DNA from: a virus
Lineage: Duplodnaviria > Heunggongvirae > Uroviricota > Caudoviricetes
IMG/VR virus record: IMGVR_UViG_2671180921_000016
DNA length: 10,202 nucleotides
Direction: 5' to 3' (one strand)
Translations under genes and position numbers: made by a program
In this document: in pieces, positions 6,492 to 10,202 of the stretch
Numbering within the stretch: the stretch's first letter is position 1
Layout: every line of letters starts with the position of its first letter
The notes under the pieces: model-generated
What the model saw: the letters and a program-made list of their open reading frames with translations, nothing else
Databases searched by the model: none
What the model was told of the DNA's origin: nothing

Positions 6492-6632
6492 GCCTGTTAT
6501 CCGGCAATAGTGGCGCTTCGCTACATGGTTGATATAATCCCCCTGCACAGATTCATTTTTTGCGCAGTAGGTTAATTGTTCGCAAGGGCGCTCCGGCAAC
6601 GAGGCGCTTTTTGTTATGTGCATCGCTCCCCC

Positions 6633-6842
6633 TTACACTGTCTGCGTTCTGCGAGTGGATGCAAGATAAGCATCGAGATCAGTGCGCATATACAGCACTT
6701 TGCGCCCCAGCTTATGGAAAGGGATTTTTACCTTGCCAGTACAGGCCCAGTTCGCCAGCGTTTGATTGTTAACGCCAAGGTAGGCAGCAGCTTCAGCACG
6801 TGTAAGGCGGTCAGTTGATAAATCAGATTTCTTTAAATTCAT
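6633..6842 (-). CDS. Excisionase-family / AlpA-like HTH DNA-binding protein (putative Xis or island regulator)
   Basis: LTRAEAAAYLGVNNQTLANWACTGKVKIPFHKLGRKVLYMRTDLDAYLA matches the excisionase-type HTH pattern (LT.eEAA.yLGVs..TvyrW...G.lp..k.Grk..y...dLdayL). ATG 6842 has a GGTGA Shine-Dalgarno; the track start at 6851 is GTG. Confidence 0.75.
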   Translation of the reverse strand: MNLKKSDLSTDRLTRAEAAAYLGVNNQTLANWACTGKVKIPFHKLGRKVLYMRTDLDAYLASTRRTQTV

Positions 6843-6912
6843 ATCTATCACCGTGTACTTCTAAGTAACAACGGTGATAAATATCAATCAATGGGTATTT
6901 TGTTTTTAGCCC

Positions 6913-7000
6913 AATAGCCAGTTGCTGTGGGGAGGTTACCAGTTATTTAGCCTTAATAGCCAGCTATTAAGATACACTAGCCAGCTATTGGGGGTGAACA
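6913..7000. repeat. Direct repeats TAGCCAGCTATT at 6957-6968 and 6978-6989, degenerate copy AATAGCCAGTT at 6913-6923, and an iteron-like GGTGAACA at 6993-7000, in the upstream region of the Xis/AlpA-like gene
   Basis: Read directly from the sequence. The repeats span the stop codon of the 241-aa gene and the promoter region of the 6633-6842 gene. Confidence 0.5.
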
Positions 7001-7710
7001 AGTTCAAACGAAGAATATTTATCAGGTCTTGGTGGTTGTGCTCCTGATTCTTTAATCCATTTATCCAGAGTGTTTTTACTTACTTTCCCATGATAGTAAA
7101 CAGAAAGCTCGTTCAATAAACCTGTTTTACTGGCTTTAGGGTACTTTTCCCATGTTAGTTTAATTACGTGCATAACTTCATTGTAATAATGATTTCTTGG
7201 TTTGCACGCTTTTTCTTTCTGTGATAAGGATAAAGCATCTTTTATTTTTTTATCTTTTTCATGGTTCGATATAATTTCTTCAAAAAAGTCATTAAGCAAT
7301 AACTCAACACCAACCCTAGTAAGTTTGTCTGCGTGATTACGCATTCCGACATGGTACAATGCAACTGCTGAATTTAAAGTATCGACAACCTGACAAGATA
7401 GTTTACTATCAAATATTAAAAAACCACATGAATCCATTCTTATAGCTAATTCAATAGGATATTGCTCGATTTCTCTTAATTCTAAACCATAACACAAAAG
7501 AAATTCTCTTGTTGGATACTTTGATTTATAAAAATAATCTCTTATATCATCAATCAAGCGTTTTATAGCCTCTATGGTGGAGTTTTTCGGGGATAAAGAT
7601 ACAGGAACGTTTAAAACTGAAGAGTCTCGCCCACCAGTAATTAAATCATTCATAACCGAATAAATAATATATTGTTTTACCGATATATTGTTATCACCCA
7701 TATATGTCAT
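6985..7710 (-). CDS. Hypothetical 241-aa protein encoded by a strongly AT-rich gene whose start overlaps the integrase stop; no recognisable domain
   Basis: Track ORF. The start (ATG 7710 or 7701) overlaps the integrase TGA at 7694-7696. Base composition is visibly AT-rich (roughly one-third GC) against about 50% in flanking genes. Lys/Asn/Ile/Tyr-rich protein. Confidence 0.7.
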   Translation of the reverse strand: MTYMGDNNISVKQYIIYSVMNDLITGGRDSSVLNVPVSLSPKNSTIEAIKRLIDDIRDYFYKSKYPTREFLLCYGLELREIEQYPIELAIRMDSCGFLIFDSKLSCQVVDTLNSAVALYHVGMRNHADKLTRVGVELLLNDFFEEIISNHEKDKKIKDALSLSQKEKACKPRNHYYNEVMHVIKLTWEKYPKASKTGLLNELSVYYHGKVSKNTLDKWIKESGAQPPRPDKYSSFELVHPQ

Positions 7711-9124
7711 TCTTTTCTTGTACTATAGCAAATAGTAAACGACGTTTTTCATCATCACTCATGCCCTCCAGTGCGGAAAGTAATTGCGCATCGATAGATT
7801 TTTTACTCTCCACCAGCCCAGCATGTTCCAGAATTGCCCGTTCTATCCGTGATGCTGGCTCCAGCAGTTCATCAGCACCGAAATGTAAATACCCCTGCGT
7901 TACGTCGGCACTTCGCATAGTGCGGTGATTCATCAGGCGCTTGAGGATGTAATTACCCACGCCCACCAGCTCAGCAATCGTTCCGAACGTCCGGCGTGCG
8001 TCGTGCCACTTAAACGGGACAGGGAAGAGCATTTCATCGTTCGCCTCAGGAATGGTAGCCGCGCTTATCCGGTCTATGATGTGCCGTGTCTCCTGAATCA
8101 CTCCCTTCACGCCAGGAAACACCAGCACATCATCAGCAGCTTTGTTTTTTAGCCTGCGAAGAAACATTTTCCGCAACGTATCAGTGATCGGCAGTTCAAG
8201 CGGATCCCCGTTTTTCGTGGTGTCTATCCAGAAAAAGCGACCGCCCATATTCACGCGATCCCACGTAAGGCCAAAAACTTCTGATTTCCTCAGTCCGGTA
8301 AACAGTGCCATTTCCACGGCATCACATACCGTAACAGCTATATCATCCCTTTCCTGTTCGCCCTGGTCGCGCACAGCAGCTACAGCAGCTACAGCAGCAA
8401 ACCAGCGGGGAAAATCATGCAGGCGGATACGTTCCGTTTTTCTTACTGTTCCGTGCCACTGGCGCTTGGTGCTCAGTACCAGAGTCGGCGGATCCGGTAA
8501 AAGAGTATTACCCGCATCATCACGGTAATGATCATGCGCAAACCGACACACAGCACGTAGCGCACGCGCCCATAAATCGGCCTGTGCCTTGCTTCCTGTA
8601 CCAACCCCAGCCCGTAACGTGGTTTTATCAGCACCGAACCATACAGCCCCATCAGTGATGGCCTTATGCCGTTGTTCCACCCGTTCGCGGGAAATACTGG
8701 CGAGGGAATGGGCCATCCAGTCACCGGAATAATTCTGTAATATGCTGCGGTACTGTTTTTCTGTGGAGGGTTTCAGGCGGTGGCCACGATTTTTTACGTA
8801 GGCGTCAATCGCCTCACTCAGCGTTATCATGGCCTTGTTGTTAGTGCGCTTTGCTATGTTCGGATTTATCCCCGTTGTGGCGACTTCGCCAAGGAGTTCC
8901 ATAGCTTTAGCCCTGGCATTATCCACGCTCAGATCAGGAAAACGCCCCAGCGTTGCACGAATAAATTTTCCGTTACGCTTACGGGAAATGCAGAAACTTT
9001 TCACACCAGACGAACCTACACGGACACGCAGCCCGTTAACCTCCGTATCACCATATTCGACCTGTCCATGTTCCGGCGTTGGCAGTTCTGCAATTTTTAC
9101 TTTAGAGAATCTGAATAATTTCAC
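7694..9124 (-). CDS. int: Tyrosine site-specific integrase, P4-like family (476 aa, GTG start)
   Basis: N-terminal arm-binding-type domain (GLRVRVGSSGVKSFCISRKRNGKFIRATLGRFP). Catalytic signature residues: R in FTGLRKSEVFGLTWDRV, HxxR in WHDARRTFGT, R/H/Y in LMNHRTMRSADVTQGYLH. Adjacent to the tRNA remnant. Confidence 0.92.
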   Translation of the reverse strand: MKLFRFSKVKIAELPTPEHGQVEYGDTEVNGLRVRVGSSGVKSFCISRKRNGKFIRATLGRFPDLSVDNARAKAMELLGEVATTGINPNIAKRTNNKAMITLSEAIDAYVKNRGHRLKPSTEKQYRSILQNYSGDWMAHSLASISRERVEQRHKAITDGAVWFGADKTTLRAGVGTGSKAQADLWARALRAVCRFAHDHYRDDAGNTLLPDPPTLVLSTKRQWHGTVRKTERIRLHDFPRWFAAVAAVAAVRDQGEQERDDIAVTVCDAVEMALFTGLRKSEVFGLTWDRVNMGGRFFWIDTTKNGDPLELPITDTLRKMFLRRLKNKAADDVLVFPGVKGVIQETRHIIDRISAATIPEANDEMLFPVPFKWHDARRTFGTIAELVGVGNYILKRLMNHRTMRSADVTQGYLHFGADELLEPASRIERAILEHAGLVESKKSIDAQLLSALEGMSDDEKRRLLFAIVQEKNDIYG

Positions 9125-9138
9125 TCATACACCCCACC

Positions 9139-9300
9139 AAGCGATCTGGTATCCTGGAAAATCGCTTGTTCTGCTCCAGGATACCTATAGGATACCGTAA
9201 AGAAGTATTTTGGGGTATATACAGGTATTTATACAGTAGTTTTAAAAAATGCTAAGGTATTGAAAAGTATCGCTAAGTATCTGTAAGTAAAGGGTTATCA
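9139..9300. promoter_or_regulatory. Integrase promoter / arm-type site region: dyads AAGCGAT...ATCGCTT and GGTATCCTGG (9148-9157) / CCAGGATACC (9178-9187), second AGGATACC at 9190-9197, TATACAG x2 (about 9218-9236), CTAAG(G)TAT repeats (9251-9280)
   Basis: Repeats read directly. Located between the integrase start and the tRNA-derived core, where arm-type recombinase binding sites and the int promoter are expected. Confidence 0.45.
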
Positions 9301-9304
9301 ACCA

Positions 9305-9350
9305 ACTCATAATCGCTTGGTCGCTGGTTCAAGTCCAGCAGGGGCCACCA
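9305..9350 (+). repeat. tRNA 3'-end remnant (anticodon loop CUCAUAA with anticodon CAU, T-arm GCTGG-TTCAAGT-CCAGC, acceptor 3' strand AGGGGCC, then ACCA): attR-type island junction, most consistent with tRNA-Ile2 (ileX)
   Basis: The sequence ends in GGGGCCACCA with a canonical T-arm, but the complementary 5' acceptor strand (GGCCCCT) and D-arm are absent upstream, so this is a partial copy. Identity to ileX is from memory, supported by the adjacent yqjH-like gene (order mug-ileX-yqjH in E. coli K-12). Confidence 0.75.
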
Positions 9351-9360
9351 GATATAGCAA

Positions 9361-9395
9361 AGGCTGACGAGAAATCGTCAGCCTTTTTCTTTTTA
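9361..9395 (+). terminator. Rho-independent terminator (AGGCTGACG-AGAAAT-CGTCAGCCT then TTTTCTTTTT) downstream of the tRNA remnant, between it and the yqjH-like gene
   Basis: 9-bp perfect stem followed by a T-rich tract. Likely the native tRNA terminator. Confidence 0.7.
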
Positions 9396-9403
9396 TATAT
9401 CAG

Positions 9404-10168
9404 TTACTTTGCGTGCCAGTAAGCCGCTGCACGTACCCGCTGTGGGTCATACTGTTCCGCTTCAAAGCGGCGGCTTAAATTCTTAACGACTTTACCTTCG
9501 CCGGTTATCCAGATGAAGTAATCATCGGCAGGGATTTGCATCTGCGCCAGACGCGCATCTACCGCCTGCTCATCATGTGCCAGCCATTCGATATTAAAAC
9601 CATCAAGGTGCGCGAGATAATCCTGACAGGCGTTATCCCGCACGCTAACCAGCGCACTAACTTGCGGTTTAACGGCAAGTTTGCTCAACGTTTCCAGGCG
9701 GCGGCGCAGTGCGGGCATTCCGGATTCATCGCAGACATACAGCTGATACGCGTAATCTTCCGGCACCACCAGCGAACCGCGCGGACCTGCCACCGTAAGT
9801 TTATCGCCCGGTTGCGCCTGCATCGCCCAGCCGCTGGCGACCCCACCGTCGTGAATAAAGAAATCGATCGCCAGTTCATGGCGTAGTTCGTCATACAGCG
9901 GCGTATAGTCACGCGACGGTGGGCGTGGTCCTTCCGGCCAGACGATGCCCTCTTCCGTTACCGTTGGCGGCACAAAGTGAGCGTCAGGTTGAGGAAAGAA
10001 GAGTTTGCTGTGATCGTCAAAGCCGCGCGATGTAAAACCGTCCAGCGCCTCGCCGCCGAGGACAATGCGCTGAAAACCGGCGCTGATGCGCTCAACGCGT
10101 AACACAGTCAGTTCACGGAAGCGCAGATCATTGCGAACGCGCTGCGGGTAGCGGGGGGAGTTATTCAT
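9404..10168 (-). CDS. yqjH: Siderophore-interacting protein family NADPH-dependent ferric-chelate reductase (YqjH/NfeF-like), host gene
   Basis: Protein from MNNSPRYPQRVRNDLRFRELTVLRVERISAGFQRIVLGGEALDGF... matches my recollection of E. coli YqjH and the expected position next to ileX. Start taken as ATG 10168; the track ORF begins at an upstream TTG. Confidence 0.88.
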   Translation of the reverse strand: MNNSPRYPQRVRNDLRFRELTVLRVERISAGFQRIVLGGEALDGFTSRGFDDHSKLFFPQPDAHFVPPTVTEEGIVWPEGPRPPSRDYTPLYDELRHELAIDFFIHDGGVASGWAMQAQPGDKLTVAGPRGSLVVPEDYAYQLYVCDESGMPALRRRLETLSKLAVKPQVSALVSVRDNACQDYLAHLDGFNIEWLAHDEQAVDARLAQMQIPADDYFIWITGEGKVVKNLSRRFEAEQYDPQRVRAAAYWHAK

Positions 10169-10202
10169 TGTTATCGCCGGTGATGCTGCCAACTTACTGA
10201 TT

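Noticed and set aside
5439-6623. 394-aa minus-strand ORF spanning the divergent control region
   Set aside because: Composition is not protein-like (Cys/Ser/Arg-rich, low complexity). It runs antisense across three compact plus-strand genes with their own start contexts and across terminator hairpins. More likely a chance open frame.
7704-9200. Plus-strand ORFs and an 83-aa minus ORF overlapping the integrase
   Set aside because: Shadows of the integrase reading frame. No start signals or motifs.
1-9300. Complete P4 or full prophage
   Set aside because: No capsid, tail or lysis genes and no recognisable sid/delta/psu in the window. Gene order (int, Xis/AlpA, primase, ori) fits a satellite or PICI-like island better.
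9275-9350. Possible intact tRNA gene
   Set aside because: Only the 3' ~46 nt are tRNA-like. The required 5' acceptor strand and D-arm are absent upstream, so it is called an att remnant.
9536-9912. ORFs overlapping the yqjH-like gene (116 aa plus, 75 aa minus)
   Set aside because: Embedded within a well-supported host CDS.

Overview
The window is almost entirely the int-proximal ~9.3 kb of an integrase-bearing, phage-satellite-like (P4/PICI-type) genomic island, ending at a tRNA 3'-end remnant (attR-type junction, 9305-9350) beside a host siderophore-reductase gene (yqjH-like, 9404-10168). Reading leftward on the minus strand from the junction: a P4-family tyrosine integrase; a markedly AT-rich 241-aa unknown gene overlapping the integrase stop; an excisionase/AlpA-type HTH gene; a divergent control region with an Arc-like RHH gene and two tiny basic ORFs on the plus strand; two small unknown genes; a P4-family primase/NTPase with a 9-bp iteron array (putative ori) just 3' of it; an operon of an 81-aa unknown, an SSB-like protein, a FinO/ProQ-family RNA chaperone and a PerC-like regulator; convergent intrinsic terminators; a small RHH-like gene; and a larger gene running off the left edge. 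No capsid, tail or lysis genes are visible, consistent with a satellite or integrative element rather than a complete prophage. The best candidates for undescribed biology are the AT-rich gene in the int-adjacent variable slot, the small-gene pair upstream of the primase, and two promoter-plus-terminator units that could encode small RNAs near the FinO-family gene. All calls rest on reading the sequence and on recalled family features; no database search was run.
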